Program-made: the position numbers and the translations under genes
Source of the DNA: an uncultured Spirochaetota bacterium
GTDB lineage: Bacteria > Spirochaetota > Spirochaetia > SZUA-6 > Fen-1364
DNA length: 64,000 bases
NCBI GenBank assembly: GCA_963734545.1
Contig: CAVTHO010000004.1
Location: 320,001-384,000 of the forward strand
Direction of reading: 5' to 3'
Shown here: piece by piece, positions 1 to 11,900 of the stretch
Layout: each line of letters starts with the position of its first letter
Position numbering within the stretch: position 1 is the stretch's first letter
The notes under the pieces: generated by a model
The model's input: only the letters and a program-made list of their open reading frames with translations
What the model was told of the DNA's origin: nothing
Database searches by the model: none

Positions 1-1
1 G

Positions 2-1543
2 AGGACGGACAACGAGCGGGAGTTTCTTCAGGTTGCCTGCACGGAAACGGCGAACGCGCTGGGCGCGTTTCTCACCGCTGCCGTCATGTGGGTCGACGGG
101 AGCAGGGAGCTCGCGATCGTCGCGGAGCACAGCGGGGTACCCGGTCTCAGCCTGCGGGAAATGGCCCTGCCCCCGACGTGGCACGCCATGGGCGCAATGC
201 TGAAAGATCTTCGCGTCCCGCTGGTCCTGAACGATCTCACCGACTCCCACCCCATGACCGCACCGCACGCCTCGTTCCTGGACCGCCGGATCGCCTCGAT
301 GGCCATGGTCCCGCTGATCATGGACGGCGAAACCGCAGGAGGGCTCGGGCTCTTCTCGGACAAGGCGGGACATTTCTCCGAAGAGAGGGATGCGCTTCTG
401 CGGAGCGTCGCGGACGAGCTGTCCAACGCGCTCGCGCGCATGCGGCTGGAGGGGGACCTTCTGCGTCTCGGCACCGCCATCGAGCAGATCTCGGATGCCG
501 TCATGATCCTGAGCCCAGAGGGCATCATCCGCTACATCAATACGGGCTTCGAGCGGGTGCTCGGCCACACGAGGGCGGAGCTCATCGGCAATTCGTCCGC
601 GGTGCTCATCGCGGACAAGCCCGACCCGCACGCGGTGCGTGAAGTGACGGAATGCATCCGGGCGGGCCGTGACTGGCACGGGCGGATGTCCGCGCACAGA
701 CGGGACGGCGCGCCCCTCACCGCGGACATCACGTTTTCCCCGATCCGTGACAAGACCGGCCGGGCGGTGAGCTTCGTCGCGATCGCACGCGACATCACCG
801 AAGCGCTCCGGCTGGAGCAGAGGTACCTGCAGGCGCAGAAGATGGAGGCCATCGGGCGCCTCGCAGGGAATATCGCCCATGATTTCACCAATCTCCTGAC
901 GAGCGTCCTGGGATTCGCGGAGCTGCTCGCGGAGAGCTTCCCGCGTGAAACCCCGGCCGGGGACCAGGTGCACCAGATCCAGATAGCGGCAGAGAGGGCG
1001 GTGACCCTGACACGGCAGCTCCTCGTGTTCGGCCGGCAGCAGGTCCTCGCGCCGCGCGTGGTGGATCTCAACGGACTCGTGACGGAAACAGCGGCCCTGC
1101 TGCGGCCCCTTGTGGGGGACAATGTCGAGCTGGCGATGGCGCTCGATTCCTCGCTCCATCGCGTCACGGCGGACCCCGGACAGATCGGGCAGGTCATCAT
1201 GAATCTCGCCCTCAATGCGCGGGACGCAATGGATTCCCGCGGCCGGATACTCCTCTCCACGGAAAACGTCGAGCTGAGCGACGCACAGGCGCGCGCGCTC
1301 CCCGGCGGCAGGCCCGGCTCCTACGTTGCGCTGCGGATCTCCGACAACGGATCCGGGATCAGTCCGGACGTTCTCCCCCACATCTTCGAGCCGTTTTTCA
1401 CGACCAAGAGCGAGACAAAGGGCACGGGTCTGGGGCTGGCAATCGTCTTCGGGATCGTCAAGCAGAGCGGGGGTCACATCCAGATTTCCAGCGAGCTCAG
1501 GAAGGGGACCACCTTCGAGATCCTGCTTCCCGCGACGCTCTGA
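2..1543 (+). CDS. GAF/PAS sensor histidine kinase (5' partial)
   Basis: Frame is open from base 2. GAF-like region, PAS (YINTGFERVLGHTRAELIG), H-box IAHDFTNLL, N-box NLALNARDAM, G-boxes DNGSGI and GTGLGL. No C-terminal receiver domain. Confidence 0.9.
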   Translation, partial: RTDNEREFLQVACTETANALGAFLTAAVMWVDGSRELAIVAEHSGVPGLSLREMALPPTWHAMGAMLKDLRVPLVLNDLTDSHPMTAPHASFLDRRIASMAMVPLIMDGETAGGLGLFSDKAGHFSEERDALLRSVADELSNALARMRLEGDLLRLGTAIEQISDAVMILSPEGIIRYINTGFERVLGHTRAELIGNSSAVLIADKPDPHAVREVTECIRAGRDWHGRMSAHRRDGAPLTADITFSPIRDKTGRAVSFVAIARDITEALRLEQRYLQAQKMEAIGRLAGNIAHDFTNLLTSVLGFAELLAESFPRETPAGDQVHQIQIAAERAVTLTRQLLVFGRQQVLAPRVVDLNGLVTETAALLRPLVGDNVELAMALDSSLHRVTADPGQIGQVIMNLALNARDAMDSRGRILLSTENVELSDAQARALPGGRPGSYVALRISDNGSGISPDVLPHIFEPFFTTKSETKGTGLGLAIVFGIVKQSGGHIQISSELRKGTTFEILLPATL

Positions 1544-1547
1544 GCGT

Positions 1548-2039
1548 ATGTTTCAGAGTACGTTCTCCGGCAATCGACTGGAAGACTACCCGCTCCTGGT
1601 CAACCAGGCCACGGAGCTCTGGGACCCCACCCTCCCCCTCGCTTCCAACCTGGCCAACATCTCAGCGCTTCTGAAGCTGTGCCTGGATCGCACCAACTGG
1701 GTCGGGTTCTACCTCTGGGAGGAGAAGGCGGCGGAGCTCGTGCTGGGACCGTTCCAGGGGCTTCCCGCCTGCACCAGGATTGCGCTCGGCAAAGGCGTGT
1801 GCGGAACCGCGATACGCACGCGCAGGACGCAGCTCGTCCCTGACGTTCACGAGTTTCCCGGCCACATTGCCTGTGACGGCGCCAGCCGGTCGGAGATCGT
1901 CGTGCCCATCATCAGGCACGGTGAGGCCCTGGGAGTCCTCGATGTGGACAGCCCCGAGAAGGCGCGCTTCGACGAAACAGATCAGGCGTGGCTGGAGCGT
2001 ATCGTGGAAGCGCTCGTTCCCCTCTGGCCCGCCGTCTGA
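1548..2039 (+). CDS. msrC: GAF-domain free methionine-(R)-sulfoxide reductase (fRMsr/YebR-like)
   Basis: Motifs NWVGFY, LGPFQGLPAC, GKGVCG, HIACD, SEIVVP, LDVDSP. ATG at 1548 lies just after the kinase stop. Confidence 0.85.
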   Translation: MFQSTFSGNRLEDYPLLVNQATELWDPTLPLASNLANISALLKLCLDRTNWVGFYLWEEKAAELVLGPFQGLPACTRIALGKGVCGTAIRTRRTQLVPDVHEFPGHIACDGASRSEIVVPIIRHGEALGVLDVDSPEKARFDETDQAWLERIVEALVPLWPAV

Positions 2040-2233
2040 CTCAGTCTGAGCTCTTTATGACACGTGCCGCGGTCTCGAGCAACTCACCGCTCAGATCTTC
2101 TTTTCCGCTGCGGCATCCTGGGTGGTCCCGCGGGCGGGCGTGAAGTCTATTGAGCGTACATGCTATAAGATACTGATGAGCATTGAGGCGAAGATCTTGT
2201 GAGCCGTCAAAGCATCCGCCGAAGGAGCACCTC

Positions 2234-4683
2234 ATGAAAACAATCGATCTCGCGGGTGATTGGCGGCTCATCCGGGCCGCCACGGACGAGGCTATTCCCG
2301 CCCGGGTCCCCGGGGATACCTACTCTGCCCTCCTGGCCGCCGGCCGGATCCCGGACCCCTACCGGGGAATGAACGAGCTGCAGGTGCAATGGGTCGGCGG
2401 AGAAGACTGGATCTACGAGCGCACCTTCGAGGTGGAGGACTCCATTCTCAAAGAGGAGAAGAAGCTCATCTCCTGTGATTCCCTCGACACGTGCGCGGAT
2501 GTCTTTCTGAACGGGAAAAAGATCGGCAGTGCAGACAACATGTTCGAACGCTGGCGCTTCGACGCGGCATCCGCATTGCGGCCGGGTACCAACACGATCC
2601 GCATCCGTTTCGCGTCCCCTGAAAAGGCCGCGCTCGCGGAATCGCGCTCCCTCCCCTACCCCGTCCCTCACCAGTATTACCCGGTGCAGTCGCCGCACCG
2701 CAATCTCATCCGCAAGGCCCAGTGCCACGCGGGCTGGGACTGGGGCCCCTGCCTCATGGTGGCCGGCATCTACGGGAATATCGAGCTGTGCGCGTACTCC
2801 GACGTGCGCATTGACTACGTGCTCACCGAGCAGAAGCATTCCAGGGGCAGGTGCGTGGTGCGGGTGGAGACCGAGTGCGAAGCCGCGCACGACGGGGAGT
2901 ACGAGCTTGCCGTGACACTCGGCGAGCTCTCGTCATCACGGAAGGTGCGGCTTCTGCGGGGACCCAACCGTCCCCACGTGGACATCACGGTCGACAATCC
3001 CCGGCTGTGGTGGCCCAACGGGTACGGTGAGCAGCCGCTGTACCCCCTCAGCGTGAGGCTGGGAACGCACGAGGTCAGGAAGAGTATCGGTCTGCGCAAG
3101 CTCGCTCTCGTGAACCGAAAAGACAGGACCGGGCTGTCGATGACCTTCCGGGTGAACGACGTGGACGTCTTCTGCAAGGGTGCGAACTGGATCCCCATGG
3201 ACGCTCTGCCGCAGCGCTGAGACCGCGGAGCGGCTGGAGCACCTCCTTTCCAGCGCGGCCCGGGCGCACATGAACATGCTTCGCGTCTGGGGGGGCGGGC
3301 AGTACGAGAGCGAAGAGTTCTACTCCCTCTGCGACGAAAAGGGCATCCTCGTCTGGCAGGACATGATGTTCGCCTGCTCGCTGTATCCCGGCCACGCCGG
3401 CGTTCCTCGCGCGCGTGGAGCGGGAGATCCGCCACCAGGTGAAGCGGCTGCGGGACCACGCCTGCATCGCCCTGTGGTGCGGGAACAACGAGGACGTGGG
3501 GGCCCTCACGTGGTATCCCGAGTCGCGCAAGAACCGGGACCGCTACCTGGTGGACTACGACCGGCTGAACGAGGGTGTCATCGGGCGCATCGTGGACGAG
3601 TGCGACCCCACGAGGACTTTCTGGCCCAGCTCTCCGTCCGCCGGGCGCGGGGACTACTCCGACAACTGGCACGACGACAGCCGCGGAGACATGCACTACT
3701 GGAGCGTCTGGCACGAGGGCAAGCCCTTCAGCGCCTACTACTCGGTCAAGCCGCGGTTCTGCTCGGAGTTCGGCTATCAATCCTTCCCTTCCCTGTCCAC
3801 GATCCGCACCTACGCGGCGGAGGAAGACCTCAATGTCACCTCGCCGGTCATGGAGCATCACCAGCGCCACCAGGGCGGCAACTCCATCATCAATGAGATG
3901 TTCGCCCGGTATTTCCGGATCCCGGAAGGGTTCGAGAACTTCGTCTACCTCAGCCAGGTCCAGCAGGCCCTGGCGATACGGACGGCGGTGGAGTACTGGA
4001 GACATCTGCGGCCCCACTGCATGGGCACCCTCTACTGGCAGTTGAACGACAACTGGCCCGTCTGCTCGTGGTCATCCGTAGAGTACGACGGCTCATGGAA
4101 GCTGCTGCACCATGCCGCAAGACGGTTTTTCGCGCCCACCCTTCTTGCCGCGCAGATCAACGGAGAGCGAGTCGAGGTGTGGCTCACGAATGATCGGCGC
4201 GAGGAGGTGCGGCACCAGGCAAAGGTCTCTCTGCTCGACTTCCAGGGAAAGGTCCTGATGGAAGAGGCGCTCGCTGCCCGCGCCCCTGCCGGGAGCGCGA
4301 AGCTCCTGAAGAGCTATGCGCTCTCCGAGCTGGCGCCGCGCCCGGAGGAGGCCTTCCTCTACGTGACGCTCGCCGCGGACGGGGAAACGACCGGGGACGA
4401 GCTCTTCCTCACCGAACCCAAGCGGTGCAGGCTCGCGAAGGCAGCAATCAAAACGGAGATCCGCGCGGCGGAGAAGGGATACACGGTGCGGCTCACTTCC
4501 AACGCGCCGGCATTCCACGTTTCCCTGAGCGCGGACGGTATTCCCGGGGAATTCGACGACAACTTCTTTACCCTGCTCCCCGGATCCCCGCGCTCCGTGC
4601 TGTTCACTCCGAGAAAACCGGTGCAGCGCGAGAGGGTCATGCAGGACCTTGCCGTCAGGCATCTGCGGGATACGTATCGGTAA
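2234..4683 (+). CDS. GH2 beta-mannosidase (two frameshifts near 3218 and 3392, probably sequence errors)
   Basis: [34 protein letters not shown] and YWQLNDNWP occur in order across three frames. SD AAGGAG precedes ATG 2234. Confidence 0.9.
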
Positions 4684-4732
4684 CGGAACGGCCCGAGATG
4701 GCCGAGGCGTCCATCTCGCCGCCCGCCTGACA

Positions 4733-4761
4733 TTGAAATCCGCGCGAACCAGGGGTACATT
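4733..4761 (+). promoter_or_regulatory. sigma70-like promoter upstream of the DUF5666 lipoprotein gene
   Basis: TTGAAA (4733-4738), 17-nt spacer, TACATT (4756-4761). Confidence 0.5.
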
Positions 4762-4886
4762 TCGCGGCTCCGCGACACTGGTGTACGTAAATCCAATCCA
4801 GGCCCGGCCTCCTCGCCGTATGAAACATCGCACGACGCGAAAAAGAAAAGAAGCGTCGGCAGGGTGTTCAACGAGGAGGCAAGAGT

Positions 4887-5804
4887 ATGAAAAGGTTTCA
4901 TGGATCGTTGGGATTGGTGCTGGTGGTCCTGGTCGCGTTCCTGCTCTCCTGCGCGCAGGGCAATCCCCCCGGGGTGAACGGCTTCAGCAAAGGCGTCATC
5001 ACGGCCAAGGGAAGCATCTTCGTGAACGGCGTGGAGTTCGATCTCTCCGGGGCTTCGATCATGATCAATGGCACACCGGGAACAGAGGCGGACCTCCGGG
5101 TCGGGATGCAGGTCGAGGTGAAGGGCAAGATCGATGACGCATCGTCGACGGGCAGTGCGGCGGAAGTGCATTTTGACGGCAGCCTCAAGGGTCCGATCGA
5201 CGCCCCGATTGTCGCTCCGAATCTCATCGTCCTCGGGCAGACCGTGATCACGGATTCCAACACGGTATTCGAATCGCTCCCGCTGGGGCTCGGCGACCTG
5301 GCCCAGGGCGACGTCGTGGAAGTGGCCGGCATGGCAGACGACAGCGGACACATCCTGGCAACGCACATTGAAAAGACAGGGTCCCCCACGCTTGAAATCA
5401 GCGGAGTTGTCAGCGGTCCGGCGGCAGGAACCTTCGTTCTGACTCCGTTGAACGGCGGGGTCGCGCTGACCGTGAACTACACGGGCGCGCTGGACGCCGG
5501 CATCACGACAGGGACCACCGTCGAGGTGAAGTTCGTGCTGGCGAATTGGACCTCGGGAACAAAGACCATCGCGACGACTGCCGCGAGCATCGAGGCGAAG
5601 ATGGAGCTCGAGCCGGCAGACGGGGACAGGGCTGAGGTGCAGGGCTTCGTGACGGGGTTGGCTGGTGCCACGTTCACCGTGGAGGGGATCTCCGTGAACG
5701 CGGGCAGCCTCTCCCTCGCCGGAATCGCCAATGGCACGAAAGTCGAAGCGGAGGGTTCCTTCACGAGCGGCGTTCTCTACGCAGAGAAAATCCAGATAAA
5801 ATAG
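4887..5804 (+). CDS. DUF5666-repeat lipoprotein
   Basis: Lipobox FLLSC. GSIFVNGVEFD followed by repeated LxxGxxVEVxG small beta modules. SD GAGGAGG. Confidence 0.7.
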   Translation: MKRFHGSLGLVLVVLVAFLLSCAQGNPPGVNGFSKGVITAKGSIFVNGVEFDLSGASIMINGTPGTEADLRVGMQVEVKGKIDDASSTGSAAEVHFDGSLKGPIDAPIVAPNLIVLGQTVITDSNTVFESLPLGLGDLAQGDVVEVAGMADDSGHILATHIEKTGSPTLEISGVVSGPAAGTFVLTPLNGGVALTVNYTGALDAGITTGTTVEVKFVLANWTSGTKTIATTAASIEAKMELEPADGDRAEVQGFVTGLAGATFTVEGISVNAGSLSLAGIANGTKVEAEGSFTSGVLYAEKIQIK

Positions 5805-5818
5805 GGGCCATCGGAAAT

Positions 5819-5848
5819 GAAAGGCACCCCGGAAACGGGGTGCCTTTC
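5819..5848. terminator. Likely bidirectional intrinsic terminator
   Basis: Perfect 13-bp stem GAAAGGCACCCCG / CGGGGTGCCTTTC with GAAA loop, between convergent genes. Confidence 0.75.
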
Positions 5849-5901
5849 CGCATGCCGCCTTCCGGGGAGGCCGCCTTTCAACAGGAAAAGGAGCGCACCG
5901 T

Positions 5902-8900
5902 CTACCTGACCACGAGGACCTTGCGCATCTCGTCGAATCCCGGGCCCACGACCCTGATGAAATAGATCCCCCGGGCGACAGGCCTGCCGCCGCGGTTCTT
6001 TCCATCCCAGGCAGTGGTGTATTCACCCGGCCCCTGCTTTGCCCGGGTCAATACATTCACGATGTCTCCCGCAAGATTGAACACGGTGATCGTCACCTGG
6101 CCGGACTTCTCCAGCGAGTAGTGCACGTAGGCCGTCTGCCCCGCAGTGGGATTGATCACGTTGTTCGCAATAGTCACCCCGCCGCGCTGCTCGACAATCG
6201 AGTGGTAGCTGTACGCGAAGGGCCGGACATCGCCCGGATTGACGGGGTCTGCCGGGAATGCGCAGGGCAGGCGGTGGCCCAGGCCGTCGTCGAGTATGAA
6301 CATGAACTGCAGAAGGGTTCCGTCTCTGATCTCCGCGTCGGTTCCAGGAATGACGTAGTCACGGAGGGCCCCATTGACGGCCGCTGCCAGCCCGCCCGGC
6401 GGTCGCGCCCCGGAGTTGCCCGGGTAGTGGGCCCGATCACCGGCGCCGGGGCCGGGGGGACCCCGGGAGACAACGTGGTCGCGCCTTGCGGAATCCAGAG
6501 GTTGTTGAGATCTACCGATGCGGGCGGATTCGCGTCCCAGAACAGGGTCAACGCGGCCCCCGTAAGTGTGGTCTCTGTTATCCGCGCCTCGAGGAGAACA
6601 TCCTGCGGCAGCAGCCACTGGGTTCCATCGAAGTCGGTGACCATGCCGACCCCTCCCCGGGCAGGATCTCGCTGCACGTTCCGATTCAGCGCAAAAACCG
6701 GCGTGACAAAGCCCAGGGCCACGTCGGAGATATTGTGGGCGGGAGCGGTGAGCATGGAGCTGTTCGCGTTCGCCGGCAGGTTGCCGTCCGCGTTCGTGTA
6801 GTTGCTGATCGGCGGGGCCATGGTGGCAGGGTCCGGGTTGGCGGCAGCCCCCCAGACCAGGCCGGCGGACGCGCTGATGGTCTGCAGACCCGCCATGATA
6901 TCGTTCGGCGTCAAGGGCGTGGAAAAAGTGAGGAGAGCGGCATGGGCGCCGAAGCCGGTCATCTCCACGGGCTGCACCGTAATGGCCCCGCCTGAATAGG
7001 TGAGGCTCGTATTGTCGATCGGCGCGGTGCCGGCGCTGTTGCCGTAGACGAGCTCGGAGAAGTGCACGTATGCCCGGGTTGCGCCCAGGGCGGCGAGCGT
7101 ATAGTTGATCACCGGACGCGCCCCATCGGACGGCGCGTACACCTTGACGAAAGTAGTGCCGATGTTGTGCTCCACAAGCGCGCCTCCCACGGTGCCGATG
7201 AGAGTCGTGTTCGACAGCACCTGCCAGGCGGGAAGCGCGTGCGTGTCCTCCGCCGGTCCAGGGGGGCCTTCCTGCACAAGGATATCGAACACGTCCCTGC
7301 CGGGCGCGCCCGCGTTGCTGTAGCCGGTCACGGTATAGCCGTCGACCTGTGCCGTGAATCCCGCGAATCCTGCAGGAGTGTCATTGAGCTGTGTTCCCTG
7401 TTTGACCTGGACCCGGATCCTGTCGATCCTGCCATTGTTGTTCGTGTCCACCGTCCAGCTCGCAATGATGGGTATGACGAAGAACCAGTTGTCGTTGTAG
7501 CCATCGTTGGTGCAGTTCGGTCCAGGGGTGATGGAAGACGTGCTTGCCCAGCTGAGCTGGACGATCGCGTAATCGATCGTCGCGGTTCCCGTGAGGTCTA
7601 TAAACCATTGCTGCGACCAGTGCGGAGGAGGTGCGGCGGGAAGAGCGATCTGCGTGGGACTCGGAGGACCCGGGGGCGGAGGGTACACTCCGCCTGCGCT
7701 CAGGAGGCTGATTGCCCTTGCCGCCGTGCCGAGGACGTGGAAGTCATTGGTCACGGTCTGCGTCAGTGCCTGGGGAAATGATATCGTGATCGGATGCGTG
7801 AGCGCGTTCGTATCGGCGTAGAAGTCATGAAAGGTGCTGCTGCCGCTGATCAGGATGCCTGCATTGTCGAAGTGGACCGCGCCTGTCCCCGGGGAGAAAA
7901 TGCCTCCTGCCGAGCTGTCCCACGTGACGGTGGCCGGGCTTGAAGGCTGATCGCCCATTGTGATGGTGTGTGCCCCGCCGTCTGCAAAGGTGCCCGCGGC
8001 CAGCGTCAGGCTGCGTATGATCGTCAGGTCCAGGTTGAATGTCGTGGTCGTTCCACCGCCGGTCTTCACGAGATCATAGAATGTGCCGGCCGCCGCTGCC
8101 TGCAGTGCCCCGTTTCCGGTGAAAGTCACTGTCGTGGTGGCAAAGGTGAATGTGGCCACGTTCCAGTTGCCTCCCACGCTGATGGCCTCAGCGCCGCTGG
8201 CTGTCAGAGCGTTCCCTGTCAGGTTCCCTCCCACACTCAGATTGTGCACCCCCAGCCCCAGCGTCCCCCCTGAGATCAACAGGTTCCCCGTTGCCTCCAC
8301 CGCGCTGGCCATGCTCCCCCCGTTGTTCAACGTCAGATTGTTGAACGGGTCCACCCCTATCCCCTTGGTCGTGATGCCGGGCACCGCTCCGCTCAGCACC
8401 ACCGTCGAGCTGCCCGCCGTGAACGTGAAGCTCCCCCCCGAGGAGTTCCACCCTCCCGCTATACTGTGCGTGTACGTCGAGGCTCCCGCCACCCACGTGC
8501 CCTGCGTCATGCTCAACGCCCCGCTCACCGTCAGCCCGCCCGTGGAGCTCACCTGCGCTGCACCCGCTCCCTTGTTCAGCGTCAGATTGTTGAAGCTCAA
8601 TCCCCCAAGACTCACCGGCGTGGCCGCCCCGTTCATCACCACCGTCGAGGAGGCTGCCGTGAAGGCTGTCGGCGTGAAGCTTCCCCCTACCGTGATGGTC
8701 TCCGTACCCGTTGCCGTCAGGCTCCCCGCTCCCGTCAGGTTGCCCCCCACGCTCAGCGCATCTCCGTTGCTGCTCCACGTGCCCGCTGTCAGCGTCAGCG
8801 CCCCACCGATGTTCGCCACACCCGTGGCCCCCGCCGCCTGCTGATATGTCTTGCCTCCCGCGTTCAGCGTCACTCCGCTGAAGCTCTGCGAGTTGCTGCT

Positions 8901-11900
8901 CACCGTGAATGGCCCTGCCCCGCTCGCCCCCGTGAAGCTCACCGTGCTGGTGGCAGGGGTGAAGAGCGCCACGTTCCAGTTGCCCCCCACGCTGATGGCC
9001 TCAGCGCCGCTGGCTGTCAGAGCGTTCCCCGTCAGGTTCCCTCCCACACTCAGATTGTGCACCCCCAGCCCCAGCGTCCCCCCTGAGATCAACAGGTTCC
9101 CCGTTGCCTCCACCGCGCTGGCCATGCTCCCCCCGTTGTTCAACGTCAGATTGTTGAACGGGTCCACCCCTATCCCCTTGGTCGTGATGCTCGGGCACCG
9201 CTCGCGCTCAGCACCACCGTCGAGCTGCCCGCCGTGAACGTGAAGCTCCCCCCCGAGGAGTTCCACCCTCCCGCTATACTGTGCGTGTACGTCGAGGCTC
9301 CCGCCACCCACGTGCCCTGCGTCATGCTCAACGCCCCGCTCACCGTCAGCCCGCCCGTGGAGCTCACCTGCGCTGCACCCGCTCCCTTGTTCAGCGTCAG
9401 ATTGTTGAAGCTCAATCCCCCAAGACTCACCGGCGTGGCCGCCCCGTTCATCACCACCGTCGAGGAGGCTGCCGTGAAGGCTGTCGGCGTGAAGCTTCCC
9501 CCTACCGTGATGGTCTCCGTCCCCGTCGCCGTCAGGCTCCCTGCTCCCGTCAGGTTCCCCCCCACCGTCAGATTGTGCACCCCCAGCCCCAGCGTCCCCC
9601 CTGAGATCAACAGGTTCCCACTGGCCTCCACCGCGCTGGCCATGCTCCCCCCGTTGTTCAACGTCAGATTGTTGAACGGGTCCACCCCTATCCCCTTGGT
9701 CGTGATGCTCGGGCACCGCTCGGGCTCAGCACCACCGTCGAGCTGCCCGCCGTGAACGTGAAGCTCCCCCCCGAGGAGTTCCACCCTCCCGCTATACTGT
9801 GCGTGTACGTCGAGGCTCCCGCCACCCACGTGCCCTGCGTCATGCTCAACGCCCCGCTCACCGTCAGCCCGCCCGTGGAGCTCACCTGCGCTGCACCCGC
9901 TCCCTTGTTCAGCGTCAGATTGTTGAAGCTCAATCCCCCGAGACTCACCGGCGTGGCCGCCCCGTTCATCACCACCGTGCGAGGAGGCTGCCGTGAAGGC
10001 TGTCGGCGTGAAGCTTCCCCCTACCGTGATGGTCTCCGTACCCGTCGCCGTCAGGCTCCCTGCTCCCGTCAGGTTCCCCCCCACCGTCAGGTTGTGCACC
10101 CCCAGCCCCAGCGTCCCCCCTGAGATCAACAGGTTCCCGCTGGCCTCCACCGCGCTGGCCATGCTCCCCCCGTTGTTCAACGTCAGATTGTTGAACGGGT
10201 CCACCCCTATCCCCTTGGTCGTGATGCTCGGCACCGCTCCGCTCAGCACCACCGTCGAGCTGCCCGCCGTGAAGGTGAAGCTCGCCCCCGAGGAGTTCCA
10301 CCCTCCCGCTATACTGTGCGTGTACGTCGAGGCTCCCGCCACCCACGTGCCCTGCGTCATGCTCAACGCCCCGCTCACCGTCAGCCCGCCCGTGGAGCTC
10401 ACCTGCGCTGCACCCGCTCCCTTGTTCAGCGTCAGATTGTTGAAGCTCAATCCCCCAAGACTCACCGGCGTGGCCGCCCCGTTCATCACCACCGTCGAGG
10501 AGGCTGCCGTGAAGGCTGTCGGCGTGAAGCTTCCCCCTACGCTGATGGTCTCCGTCCCCGTCGCCGTCAGGCTCCCCGCTCCTGTCAGGTTGCCCCCCAC
10601 GCTCAGCGCATCTCCGTTGCTGCTCCACGTGCCCGCTGTCAGCGTCAGCGCACCACCGATGTTCGCCACACCCGTGGCCCCCGCCGCCTGCTGATATGTC
10701 TTGCCTCCCGCGTTCAGCGTCACTCCGCTGAAGCTCTGCGAGTTGCTGCTCACCGTGAATGGCCCTGCCCCGCTCGCCCCCGTGAAGCTCACCGTGCTGG
10801 TGGCAGGGGTGAAGAGCGCCACGTTCCAGTTGCCCCCCACGCTGATGGCCTCAGCGCCGCTGGCTGTCAGAGCGTTCCCCGTCAGGTTCCCTCCCACACT
10901 CAGATTGTGCACCCCCAGCCCCAGCGTCCCCCCTGAGATCAACAGGTTCCCCGTTGCCTCCACCGCGCTGGCCATGCTCCCCCCGTTGTTCAACGTCAGA
11001 TTGTTGAACGGGTCCACCCCTATCCCCTTGGTCGTGATGCTGGGCACCGCTCCGCTCAGCACCACCGTCGAGCTGCCCGCCGTGAACGTGAAGCTCCCCC
11101 CCGAGGAGTTCCACCCTCCCGCTATGCTGTGCGTGTACGTCGAGGCTCCCGCCACCCACGTGCCCGCGTCATGCTCAACGCCCCGCTCACCGTCAGCCCG
11201 CCCGTGGAGCTCACCTGCGCTGCACCCGCCCCCTTGTTCAGCGTCAGATTGTTGAAGCTCAATCCCCCAAGACTCACCGGCGTGGCCGCCCCGTTCATCA
11301 CCACCGTCGAGGAGGCTGCCGTGAAGGCTGTCGGCGTGAAGCTTCCCCCTACGCTGATGGTCTCCGTCCCCGTCGCTGTCAGGCTCCCTGCTCCTGTCAG
11401 GTTGCCCCCCACGCTCAGCGCATCTCCGTTGCTGCTCCACGTGCCCGCTGTCAGCGTCAGCGCCCCACCGATGTTCGCCACACCAGTGGCCCCCGCCGCC
11501 TGCTGATATGTCTTGCCTCCCGCGTTCAGCGTCACTCCGCTGAAGCTCTGCGAGTTGCTGCTCACCGTGAATGGCCCTGCCCCGCTCGCCCCCGTGAAGC
11601 TCACCGTGCTGGTGGCAGGGGTGAAGAGCGCCACGTTCCAGTTGCCCCCCACGCTGATGGCCTCAGCGCCGCTGGCTGTCAGGCTCCCCGCTCCTGTCAG
11701 GCTGCCCCCCACGCTCAGCGCATCTCCGTTGCTGCTCCATGTGCCCGCTGTCAGCGTCAGGTCCGCACCGATGTTCGCCACACCAGTGGCCCCGGCCGCC
11801 TGCTGATATGTCTTGCCTCCCGCGTTCAGCGTCACTCCGCTGAAGCTCTGCGAGTTGCTGCTCACCGTGAATGGCCCTGCCCCGCTCGCCCCCGTGAAGC

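Noticed and set aside
2040-2050. CTCAG/CTGAG mini-palindromes after genes (also ~23178-23195 and 34942-34959) as a REP family
   Set aside because: Too short and too variable in spacing to distinguish from chance.
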